Source: Cenococcum geophilum (taxonomy: Eukaryota). From it: a DNA stretch of 64,000 nt. Each line of letters opens with the position of its first letter. Position 1 is the first letter of the stretch. Positions 52,202 through 64,000 of the stretch are shown piece after piece. The DNA lies in NCBI GenBank assembly GCA_050273025.1, contig CP158635.1:8742001-8806000 (forward strand), given 5' to 3'. A program made the translations under genes and the position numbers. Under the pieces are notes generated by a model that worked only from the letters and a program-made list of their open reading frames with translations, did no database searches and was not told where the DNA came from.

Positions 52202-54062
52202 TTCTACACATAATTATGGCGTGCCAATTTATACCTCCCCCTATGCTACGTAATTATACCTATGGCTAGCCGAGCTAGGCTTCTCTACTTATAATAGGTT
52301 AGCCTTTTATATTCTGTAAGCATACTTAGTCTTACTCTTTACCGATCTTTTTATACCTATAGCAAGGCTAGAATAGGCGTCTTCTTATATTTATGCCGTT
52401 TAGTAAGTTGTATTTAGGCCTACCTTTATACATTCTATACCGTTTATAGCCTAACTTAAATCTACGCACTTCCTTATTGCTTTAGTAAGAACTGCTACGT
52501 AGTTTAACCTTGCTAATATGTATACACTACCTCTGCTAGGGTTTTACTAATTAATATATAAATAAACCTTTAAGACCTTTAAAGACCTCCTCTAAAGACC
52601 GGTAATAACTTACCTATTAAAGTAGGCAGTACGTAACCTGCCCCTTCTATATCTTTAGTAATCTAATCGCTACTTTTAGGTACCTATTATTGTAATAGAT
52701 ATATCTAGTGTAGGTTAAGGGTCGGCCTATTAGGTTCCGAAGTTAGGGGAAAAGATTTTTAAGGAGGATAGAAAATAAGTTATTACCTTTATTAGATGGA
52801 ATAAAGGTAAATTACGTAAAGTAAAGGTAAGTAATTGCCTATATTATAAGCGAGCAGGTCCCTAAAATCTTAAAGCTTTATAAGATTATTAGCATTCTAT
52901 ATATTCCACCTAATATTTGCTAGGCTACAATTCCTATATATAATATAATTATTAAAATATCTTTAGCTATACCGGGCTACCGTAGTAGTATATTAACTAT
53001 AACGGCACTTAATTATAATAGAGAAGCGATAATATCTAATTGCCTTTTTGGCGATATATAGTTTATAAAAGGTAGAAAGGAAGCTTTAAAGCAATTAAAT
53101 AAAAAGGTTAAGGAACTTAATAAAACCAACTGGGCTGCTAGGCCCTCCCTTATAGTTTAATTAGTGTCCTAGGCTCTACCAATGCTTGTAATAGCTATAG
53201 TACTTCCGCAAGGAAAATGATTTAAGTTTAGGTAGAGGAACTATACTGCTTAAATTACTTGATTTTATTTAGAGAGTATAAGATCTTATATAGCTTATAT
53301 AATGGTTTAGCGATTTGCTATTATTCTATAACTAAGCCTAAAGCCCTTTCCGCCTTATGCCTTTACGTTCGCCTATGCTTATAACCCCCACTAAAATTAA
53401 ACCCCCCTCTTTATGCTCTCTTCTCCTAGCCTTGCTAAAATACCTAGTATAAATGTACTTCTTTTATAATAAAGATAGAAAAGGCTATATGGAAGTGGTC
53501 TTTTAAAACCCAATGCTTAATTTTATAAACTATATAAGCATAGCTAATCTTATAAGCTAGGTGATCGTATGGGTTATATTAGTATATAGTTAAGAAAAAA
53601 GTAAAATAGTGTAATTGGTGGGCCGGTATACAGGAATATAATACTATTTAACTTTGCTTAATATGGCTTGGAGGAGTATAAAGCCTTAACCTAAGCTATG
53701 GGAATACATTCTCTAACTAAGCCTCTATTATATAACCACTAACTACTTCTAGGCGCTATAGCCGTATACCCCGCTACTTACCCTTCCTAAAACTTTAGAA
53801 GTTATACTAGTCCTTAGTTAAGCGACTAACGTTTAAAGCTTAAACTAACTAGCTAAATCTGTTGTAGATTAGATAAAGCTAATAACGACTTCTTAATATA
53901 TATATAGAGGCTCTAGAGCTACGTTTAATAAAGTAGAGTTCTTATTCTTAATCGTCCTATTTAACACTAAATTACTCCCTTAAATATTACTTAAGGCGTA
54001 GTCAAAACTAGAGAAACATACTATCTAAGAGTATTCTATTTGGCTTAGCGTAGCTTATAGAT

Positions 54063-55122
54063 AGTGAGAAATATAGCGACTTAAAACTTATATGCTAGGG
54101 GCTAAAGCTTAAAGTCTATAAAGCGATTATATGCACCTAATCTCCTATACTTACAGCTGCCTATAATAGAGGCTTTTAGGTAAAAGCTAACTAAATATCT
54201 AGTAGAATTAACCCTAACTAACTAACCGGTAGGAGGCGGCAACTAATATTATAAATATTAACGAGTTCAATTCCAGCACCGTTAAGAGAATAATCCAATT
54301 TATATATAAGGGGGATTATAATAATGGCGAGGAGGAGTAAGGATCTAATATTATAAGTATAGAAACGCTTGGCTAAGATAAGGGATATATTTATACGCTA
54401 ATCTAATTTACCCGTACTTAAACTTCAATCTATAGAATTAGAGATAGCGTAACTTAATAACGCTAATACCTTATCGCTATCTAAACTAGATAATAGCGGT
54501 GGCGATAATAAAGATATAATAACACAGACGATAACGGCCAATATTATATTTCGCCACGTCTATATTAATGCAATTACTGATTATTATGATATACTACAGC
54601 TGAAAGAGCTTATGAATATAAAAATCTAATATATTCTAGGAACTAGCTGGTCCGTAGACGGGTTTCCTAATATTATTAGGGATATTTTTAGCCTAATAGG
54701 CGACTTAGCATTATATAATATAACTACCTTAATAGCGGCCAAGTATATTAAAGAGCTTATTAAACTTAAGGACTTTATAGAGCTGGACGTTATAAGCGAT
54801 TTCGCTATTGGCATTATATAGACAGTGATTACTACATCTAAGGGTATAGAGAAAATTTTTATACTAAAACTTTAAGCTGTTTAATCTTAGCTATAACAAA
54901 CAGAATTATTGCTTTAATCCGCTAAGGTAAGGTATGCCGCGGCTGAGCGCAAAAGCGAAAATATTAATAACTGTTTTAATACCCTCTATACGACTAGGAC
55001 CTATTGTAATATTAATTATAGAGCCGAGTTTACATGTTATATTAAAGATAGTAGTTATCTATCTAACCCTAATTACCCTTATATACTTTGTTGTAAAAGG
55101 TGCGAGTATTATATATAAGTAA
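54063..55122 (+). pseudogene. BTB/POZ-domain protein (RIPped cargo); true start slightly upstream
   Basis: SEKYSDLKLIC(Q)GLKLKVYKAIICT(Q)SP...GF(Q)|intron|EAATNIINI.EFNSSTVKRIIQFIYKGDY, then HVYINAITDYYDI..LKEL. Confidence 0.85.
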
Positions 55123-55282
55123 AGATACATAGCTTAGGAGATTGGCTTAGGTAGGAAGTTATTATATAATACTTCTCTTCCTTTCTCCGTTTGGGTTAAT
55201 CTAAGAAATTTAAATGTATATCTCGTTTATAGTCGGTCCGTTAGATATTATATAGCAACTAAATTATCCATCCCCTATTAGC

Positions 55283-55395
55283 CACCCCTTACCTTACCCC
55301 TTACCTCTTACCTCTTACCCCTTACCTTTTACCCCTTACCTAACCCTTTATCTTATCCTTTACCTTACCCTTATCTTACCTATTACTCCTTGCCC
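55283..55395. repeat. Degenerate (CCTTAC/CCCTTAC)n array
   Basis: About 15 TTAC/TTAT-cored units between the convergent 3' ends of the BTB and captain genes. Confidence 0.85.
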
Positions 55396-55519
55396 CCTAG
55401 ATAAATTATAAAATCCTAGTTATTGTATCTATTCTACTAAATACTAGAATAGGATTGGATGATAATAAACTAAAATAAAATAAAAGGTAGTAAAGAATAA
55501 TAAGATAGGCGCGTAATGA

Positions 55520-58032
55520 CTAGGAAAAGGTCCTATATATACTAAGCGTATAGTTCTAAAGATGTATTTTGTGCTTAAGGGTTACTTTATAAACGTTGTA
55601 TTTAATTTTACCCTGCTTTAAAAGTTTAGAGAGATGCGCTTATTAAAAATGCTTTATAAGAGCAGTTGGAGTATAGAACCTATATATGCGATTGCTAATT
55701 ATTAGCTTTTTATTCCCAAGGCAGATAAAGTATATTTTTAGTCTTTTCTCCTTATATAAGGATAACTTTGCCCTCTTTAGCGCTTTAGCCGCTTCTAAAA
55801 TCTTAGCATCTTTTTTAATTTTAACTTAGCTAAGGGCGATACCTATCCTAAACTATCTCTAGTAATAACTCGGCCGATACGCTCTACCTTCCTTAATATT
55901 GCAGTAATCTATAACCGCATTAATGGTATTATTGCGTCTGTGTATCTTATCTTCTAGTAACGTGCTAGGTAGTGTTATAATTACTTTAATAAGGCGTTTA
56001 TATTTAACCGACCTATTATTACTAGATTTTAAGGTTGCTTTAATATCCTCGCTAAATATAACCCCGAAAAATTGCCGCTTAATGTTAATTATAGCTTATT
56101 TGTTGTCCTAATTCTTCTTAATATTTTCTAATAGCGCATTTCTCTAACGTTGCCTTTTATTTATGATTTCTCGGCTAAGCTTTTAGTATTTTATGCTTTC
56201 TATAGTTTTACGCTTAAGGCTAAGCTTTAGCTTATTTTAAACTTTAATTAAGGAATAAATACGCGGGTTCTTGTTTACCGATAAGGATTATTCTATTATT
56301 AGGTACTATAGCCGCCGCAGGTTAATTAATTGGCTTATTTAGCATACTACTTTTATTAACTTTTCTTAAGGCTCTAAGCCTTAAACGATTGCCTGTGTAT
56401 CTACGCTAATACGCTGTAGAAGGTAGTGCTTTAGAAATGTTTAAGCGTCGGCGTGCTACATTATTAGGTTCTAAAGGGCGTCACTTATATTAGGTAGTAT
56501 AGGCGTTAGAAAGGTTTTAGTAGAACTAGCTCTATATAATAGAACTTATTATTCTTATTAAATGCCTTACCTACGCCGTAACGGAGACTATATAGGCGCG
56601 CAACCTACTAAAATCCTATAATTGCGCTAAGGTCCTTAATCTAGGGCAAAAGAGTTAAGTATAGTAAAGGCTGGTTAAGTAAGACCTTATAGCCGTAGGG
56701 GGTTTTAATTAATTACCGAAATACGGGGATATTATCTAGGTCTAAACGGAGTAGTAGCGGCAACTTATTACGCCTAGGCTTAATATATAGCTTACTAAGC
56801 TGCTCTATAGACATTAGATTAGGGGCCGTAAAAGCTTTATCCGCAAAAAAAAGGCCTAGGAGAAAGACGTAAGGGTTAAGAATAAGTAAAGGGTTGAAGA
56901 TAATCTTAGGAATTAGGAAAGTATTACTAGTTCTCTGTAAGCGTAAGGAGAGGAATAAGGTAGAAAGGGAATATACGCTTCTTTTATACTAAGATATTTC
57001 TTAATAAATTTAAATATAAACTTAGGCACGATCTTATAAGGCCCGCCTTTTAGGTCGCAAATAAGTATAATTATTATATGTCGGTAGCATAGGTTAAGAA
57101 GAGCTTTAGGTTAGCTTACGGTGTAAAGGCCTAACTATAGTAAGAAATGGACTTATATCTAATATCGCCTAACTATATATCTCTTTCTCGTTGTAACTAA
57201 GTTGGTCTTAAGAACTAGGGCGAGATCCTCTGCGTCTATAATGGGCTTTTCTTACTTCTTATTACTTAAGCTATATTTCTTCGCCAGTTTCTAAAGTACC
57301 TAGAAAAGATATCTTAGCTCCGCCTTACTTTACTAGGCTAAAGGGTTAACTAGGAACGTAATTACCTTATATATCTAGCGGGTTAATTTACTAGCAATTT
57401 TCCTACTAGTTGCTCTCTTATATATAAGGCGATAGTACTTCTAGTATATACTAAGCGAGCTAGAAAGCTTTATCCCGCACTATTTCCTACCCCCCTTCCT
57501 TTATTTCTAATTTAGGAGCTAGTTAAAAAAGCTATAAAGCAGTTAAAGTGAAAGGACTTAGTACGTTTTCTTAGGGTCTTTCCTTATATAGGTGCAGTAT
57601 CTAGAAATTGTTAGCTCTAGGTTAAGCCTAAGAGAAAGCCGTAGAATAGGTTATTACTTACTAATACTATTAATCTTTAATGCGGTTAAGAAGATTCGTA
57701 CTACTATTAGTGTAGTCCTACGTCGTGAAATTGGATTCCTTAAACTCTTTTAACTGTTTAAGGTAGTATTCTGGTAAATAGTCTTAATCCTTATAAAGCT
57801 ATGCTTAAGCGGGCGCTTCGCAAGCATTGTTAGATCTAGCGATGCTATTAGCGTTATAGTTAATGCCACTATTAGCGTCACAGTCGGCGTTACTATTGGC
57901 ATTACTGTTAGCATTACTATTTAAGACAGTCAGTTCTATCCCGTAGCTATTACCGTCGCTATCTATATCTATATACTTATTGTTAGTAACGCTAAATAAT
58001 AAGCTGCAATCTAATAATCGAGTGCGCCGCAT
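55520..58032 (-). pseudogene. DUF3435 tyrosine recombinase (Starship captain), RIPped, multi-exon
   Basis: PEYYL.QL.EF.ES.FTT.DY, intron, YCTY.RKDP, SSL.IY(W)K.YRL, DLKGGPY, PYVFLLGLFFADKAF, VARLYSLRYGVGKAFN, SDAL(Q)NLIM(Q)HADA.TFLKHYL, VDTQAIV.GLEP, RRNNTINAVIDYC.IKEG, and C-terminal ICFICLG...KHF...H. Confidence 0.9.
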
Positions 58033-58545
58033 TCTAGGGAGCTAGAAAAGAACTTAGGGTAGTGACAGCGGGAGGGACCTAGAGGGTAATAACGGCGGGA
58101 AGGATCTAAAGAGTAATATAGGGTTAAGGAGATAGGAGGGTAGAGAATAAGAGAAACGGGGCCTAAATTAAATGGATTAGAGGTAGGAGCCATGGAGTAT
58201 ATATAGCTTTAGCGCTAGGCGCGTAGAAGGATTATAGTCTGCCTATTAAAAGTAAGGGGCATAGGGCGGTAAGTAAGAGGCTTAGGGCGGCGGGGAGTTT
58301 TAGAGATACGACTTTTAAAAACGGCGACAGAACCCTCTAAAACCGGCAGTTAGATCTCCATTTTCTTTTTTAATAGAGTAAAAGAGTATAAACTTATCCC
58401 ATTATAAAGGTAGCGGAAACCTATTATAGGCTTCCTAGATAAGTATTAGATTAAGCTATATAGTACCTATAAGCTTATAGTGTTAGTGGCCGATATATAT
58501 AACCGCACTAAGGTGGTTGGCCTATAACCCTTTTAGGTGGCTAAC

Positions 58546-59129
58546 TATTATACCTAAGCCTAACCCACTTAACCATACAAACTACTAAAAAGGTAGTAGT
58601 AGTGTCTCGTAACTAGACGGGCTACCGGTTGGAATGTCTTATAAGCTCTCTAGCCTATATATAACGTATAGGTAGCGCAAGGTATAATAACTGCACCCCC
58701 TCCTAGGGCGCATATCCTTAGGCGCCTGGACTACAATAAATAGCTAGCCTTTTGCTAGGTAGTCTTGGCCATATAGCGCGCAAGCTACCCACAGCACCCT
58801 AGCTATAATTATAAGGCGTCCCCGCTAGTACCTAAATGTACTAGCACTATTAAGCTATAAGGTGACCTTCTAGTAAGCACGTATAATACCCCATACTAAC
58901 TATAGAGAGTGTAGTCGCTTAGGCTGTCCCGTACTTGTAAATATTCAACCCTATACTAAATTAAATACTAACCTCTAGGTAGTTGCGAGATATATTATTA
59001 TACTTAAGCCTAACCCACTCGACCATATAAACCACTAAAAAGGTAGTAGTAGTGTCTTGCGACTAGACGGGCTACCGGTTGGAATGCCTTATAAGCTCTC
59101 TAGCCCATACTATAGGTATAGGTAGCGCA
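58546..59129 (+). repeat. 134-bp direct duplication (58546-58679 and 58996-59129)
   Basis: Near-identical copies 450 bp apart, just before the protease C-terminal motif. Confidence 0.85.
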
Positions 59130-62100
59130 TTGCATAATACTAACTTTATAGGTTACAACCTTATCCTTAGATACCCTTGGCTAGTAAAAGTAGATCTTAA
59201 AATACGCTTTAAAACTGGAGCCTTTAAATAATGGAATAATAAAGATTTAGGAGGGCGTATATTACTAATAAGCCTAAAGGATATCTTAGAGAATATAGCC
59301 CTAGGCGAAATAGTATACGCTCTATACCTAAAGAAGTATTAGATCTAACCCCTATTTAATAGTAAGATAGGTATAGAGCCTAGTATAGGTAATAACCCCT
59401 CTATAATGGAGACCCTATAGGGAACTACTGGATAGGTCGTAGAGATATTATAGGGAGGCGGCGATCTTAAGGATCTTATAAGATACTTTAACCGCTATAG
59501 GTTACTCTGGCTTAAGTAATATGCGGAGAGTATACTACGGCACCTTAAACGCTGCGTTAAGGAGTTCCCTACCCTCTACTAGCTACTATATAAAACGGTT
59601 TAACATACGGTGGTAACTATATATAAGTAATTACTATAGTATATAACGCTGCCCGTAAGTATCCTAAGGGAGCTTTAGAACCTACCTAATAATAACGCGG
59701 AGGATAAACGTGACCCTAATTTATTAAATATTCTAGTAGGCCTAAGGGACTTACTAAGGGTATTTTCGGGCAAGAGAGCTAAAGTCCTACCATAGAACTT
59801 GGAGTATAATTATGTAATTAATCTAGAAGAAGGTAAATAACCGCCGAACCTTCCTATCTATAACCTCTTATATAAAGAGCTTAAGATCCTATAGGAGTAC
59901 CTTAATAGCTTACTAGAAAAGGGGTGGATCCGGCCTAGTAAGTCGCCGTTAGGCGTACTAATCCTCTTTATCCTAAAACTAGATAGAACTATAAGGTTAT
60001 ACGTAGACTATCGCGGTCTTAATAAGATTATAATTAAGAACCGCTACCTACTACTACTAATTAGTAAAATGCTGGATTAACTATCTAGGGCAAAGATCTT
60101 TATAAAGCTAAATCTATAAGACGCCTACCATAGGCTCCGTATTAAAGAAGGGGATAAGTAAAAGACCGCTTTTAAGACCCAATACGGCCACTTTAAGTAT
60201 CTGGTAATGCCTTTTAGGCTAGCTAATGCGCCTATAATATTCTAATCGTATATTTATAGAGCCTTAGGGGGACTAGTCAACCGTATATACGTCGTCTATT
60301 TAGATAATATCTTAATCTACTTAGAAAATGAGGATTAACACGAGTAACACGTCCGCGAAGTGCTAGAACGTTTAAATAATTGGGGCCTCTACACTAAGGC
60401 GTTAAAGTATATCTTTAATACTAAGCAGGTCGAGTTCCTGGGTTATATTATAACGCCTATAGGTGTAGTTATAGACCTAGTATAGGTATAGACAATTTAG
60501 GAGTGGCCGGAGCTAAAGAGCTACTAGGATATTTAAGTGTTTCTAGGCTTTGCCAATTTCTATAGGCACTTTATCTATAATTACATAGACGTCGCCTAAT
60601 ACCTATTTAACTATATTATAGAAGCTTCCTAAGACCCAACCTAAGGAGTAAAAAGCTTAAAGGCGGTAAGGAAGAAAACTAAGAAAGGACTAACTAAATA
60701 GTATAAGCTATAGTTATGGCCCGGAAAGGTTTAGGAGGCCTTTTAGGAACTTTATATAAAGTTTATAAAAGCTTTATTACTACGGCATTTTGACCTAGAT
60801 TAGCTATTAATAATAATTACTAATGTATTAAATTTTGCCCTTATTAGTATCCTACTATAACCTAATAGGCATCCGGATACTACCCAGCTCTATTAGAGAC
60901 TAGTAGCATTTTATAATAAAAAATTCCAAGGACCTAAAGTTAGGTATTATACCCACGATAAGGAACTACTGGCTATAGTTAACTGCTTTAAATAGTGGCG
61001 ACACTACCTTAAGTACGCGAGCTATACTACTCGTATACTCTTAGATCACTATAATCTACGCTACTTTATAACTATAAAGGAGCTTATACCTTAATAAGCT
61101 AGATAGGCAGAGGAGCTTATATAATTTAATTTTAAGATTAAATACAAGCTAGGGGAAAACAACCCTACTAATAGACCGTTATAACGGCTAGACTATACCA
61201 AAGGCTTTAAAACGGGAGAAGGAAAATAGATAATAGATATCTTACTCCCTATATTATAGAACAAGCTTTAGGTATAAAATGCTTAAGCACCTATAGCTTT
61301 ATATACTAAGTCTTAGGCGGTGTAAGCCCTATTAGTTTCTATTAATATTTTAGCTAGTACCCGGTCCGTTGCCGATAAGGGTCTAAATATACCTAGATAG
61401 GACATTCCTAATACATTCTTAGAACCTGGTGATATACTATCCCTAATTACTAAGCTATCCCCTTAAACTAATAGCGAAGCTATAAAGTAATCGGAACTTA
61501 GAGCCCTATAATAACTAAAGGACTTTAACCTTATAGCGGCCTTCCTAATATACGCGTATTAAAGAGTTATAAGATCTATAGTACTATTTAGTCTTATACT
61601 TAGAGTAGTATAAAATAAAACAGCTTTTATCTGGGAACTATTTAAAAGGTTAATGGATCTCATCTGTGAGGTATAACGGAGGGACGCTTCCTATGCTATC
61701 CTTAATGCGGAAGTAGACCGGAAACGTAATAAAAAGGAAGCTGCTAGGTGCTATTATTGGGAACTAGACCTAATGGGCCTACTGTGTAAAGGTGGTAAGG
61801 TTTAGGTGCTATAAGAAGTAAATCTACAACAGAAGATTCTTATAAAGAATTACAATAATCCTTTAGGCGGCCACTATGGTTAAGTAAAGACAGTGGAATT
61901 ACTTTAACGCAAATACTATTGGCTAAGGCTTAATTAGGAAGCAAAGGAGTATATTAGCTATTGCGAGAAGTGTTAAGTATATAAGATCCGTAGGTATAAG
62001 CTATAGGGTCTACTTAAATTAGTTCCCCCCGCTAGTAAGCTATGGCGATATTACGCTATAGACTTTATTACGGATCTTCCGCCATCTAAAGATGGCTAAG

Positions 62101-63240
62101 GATGAATATACGATTCGGTCCTCGTACTTATTAATAAGTTTTTAAAGTATGTCTAATACCTTTCCGTTAATAATACGATTAATGTATAAAAGCTTACCAA
62201 CCTAATTAAGGAGAAATGCTTTCTTAAAGTAGATTAGCCGCACTCTATTATTACTAATAGGGGTAGCGTCTTTATAAGTTAGTACTGGTCGGATCTATGC
62301 TTCTATTTAAAGATAGACCACTATTACAGTACGGCTTTCTACCCGCAGATAGATGGGTAAATGGAACGCCAGAATTAGGAACTGGAGTCTTACCTACGGA
62401 TGTATTTAAACTACTAGTAAGATAACTAGTGCGAGCTACTTCTGTACGTAGAGTACGCTTATAATTTAAAGCAATATACATTGTATAAGTATATACTAAT
62501 CTAGATTACCTATAGCGTCCGACTATTTGGGTTTAATAGTATACCCGATAATTACTGGCTAAGGCCGTATAATTAGTTATAGGATCCTACTAAAAAGTCT
62601 AAGGACATCCACCGAAGAGTATAAGGATACCTCTAAAAATAGGAGGAGTAATAAAAGTATGCGAAGTAGAGCCTATAAGATGCCTAAGAACAGTAAAGAC
62701 TTTAGTATAACCGTAAGCACTAAAATAAGCATTTCGGAGTAGGCGATGAGGTTCTATTATGTTTAACAAATATTAAGACCTGTTAACTATTAAAAAAGCT
62801 TAATGTAAGATACCTAGGTCTCTTTTAAGTTAAGGAACGAATTAATAAGCTAGCCTATTATCTTTAGTTACCCCTATCTATGGCCTATATATATTTAGTG
62901 TTTTATATAAACCTACTAGAGCTATAGCATAGACTATTACCGGAAAAGAACTTCTGTCTAGGCCTAATTAAACACCTTAAGGTGGTGGGCGAGTGGTATA
63001 AGGTTAAAGCTATACTACGCTATAAGTCTGTTAAGAACAAGCTTTAATTTAAAGTTAAATAGCTAGGCTAGCCCGCTAAAAACTCTATATAGGAACTAGA
63101 GAATTACCTTAATTATTGTAAAGATATTCTAAAAGAATATTAGGACTAAGGTCTATAATTTACAAGTCGCAGAAAGCGTTCTAATACTATGGCGTCATCG
63201 CGACCTATAAAGAAAGCTTGCGAAAAGAGTAAATAGGTTA
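58546..63240 (+). mobile_element. Ty3/gypsy pol fragment (PR-RT-RH-INT-chromodomain), RIPped; LTRs and gag not identified
   Basis: LILRYPWL, VDYRGLNK, DAYHRLRI, YLDNILIY (~60298), FLGFANFYR, HDKELLAIV, IDFITDLP, TAFYPQIDG, chromodomain at ~62990-63140. Confidence 0.9.
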
Positions 63241-64000
63241 AATTAAATAGGGAACGGACAAGCTCCGGAAACTATAAGGATTAGGGCTATAGCCTAAGGC
63301 AGGACTGGTCTTTAGCCTTTTTACGTATATAGCATAGAATTAATAGGGCATTTTGCTAGAATTATATACCTATTAATTAATTTATACTAGGAATACTATT
63401 CCTAGGGCTTCTAAGCCCTTCCTAAAAGCCTTCTAAGGCCTTCCTAAGCACCTAATTAAGGTCCTTAATTGCTACTATATATAAGAATAAATCCTAAAAG
63501 TCTAAACCATAAATATCCAATTTAAAAAGCTACTACGCCTTATTATTATTAGGAGTAGGATTAGTATCTATTAGGCCACTAAGTGATAGCTAACGAGAAT
63601 GGGATCTAGATGCCTTGGTAGGCGTATGAGTAGGTATGAAAACAGGGGTAGGATGATGAGGTGTGGCTGGGGCGGAGACTCTTAAACGCTTAATACTAAC
63701 ATTAGGTCCAAACCAATACTAATAAAGCTCTTGCGGCGTAAGCTTATAGTTAATAAAGACACGCTTAAGCCTAGAATAAATAGAGACGTTAGCTAGCTGG
63801 CATAGTCCAGAACCACTAAGACCTTACTATGGTAACTATTAGTTACCTATCTGCTAGGTACCTAAAGGGTAACCTACCTAATACCGTATTATATTATACT
63901 CTTTTAAAACTTAACGCGTATACGCAAACTCCTTTTTATAGTAGATAGCGACCTTCTTCTTATTACCCTTATCCCGCACCCTATCCTTAGTATACTAACC

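Larger units (their letters stand above)
39970..58400 (-). mobile_element. Putative RIP-inactivated Starship giant transposon (captain plus cargo); boundaries unresolved
   Basis: A DUF3435 gene at the right end points into ~16 kb of uniformly RIPped host-like genes, several with introns. Confidence 0.65.

Noticed and set aside
52580..53600. Further small cargo ORFs
   Set aside because: Gene-like fragments are present, but no frame or motif was consistent enough to call.
55283..55395. Interstitial telomere
   Set aside because: The units are CCTTAC-type, not CCCTAA.
63240..64000. 3' LTR of the last gypsy
   Set aside because: No matching second copy or clear PPT-TG boundary inside the window.

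Overview
This is filamentous-ascomycete DNA, almost all of it an AT-rich block mutated by RIP (excess TpA; TGG/CAA/CAG/CGA codons turned into stops). The supplied ORF track is therefore mostly uninformative, and I read genes by reverting RIP transitions by eye. 1-644: non-RIPped remnant of a PTH11-like membrane receptor gene, cut by a truncated gypsy element. 645-39969: nested transposon pile. It holds a host gypsy split into four pieces, a full copia, two pol-less LTR elements, a solo LTR, a Tad1-like LINE, a full chromoviral gypsy with an antisense Zn2Cys6-like ORF, two MITEs, a two-gene Tc1/mariner element and two truncated gypsies; several have clean TSDs. About 39970-58400: RIPped host-like genes (FunK1 kinase, BTB/POZ, several hypotheticals) downstream of a DUF3435 tyrosine-recombinase 'captain', probably a dead Starship. 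58546-63240: gypsy pol fragment. The least explained signals are the MITEs at TATA sites, a 47-bp CCAAT-flanked palindrome shared by the two unrelated pol-less elements, and the antisense Zn-cluster ORF. All family calls come from motif recognition, not database searches. Boundaries without a TSD are approximate.
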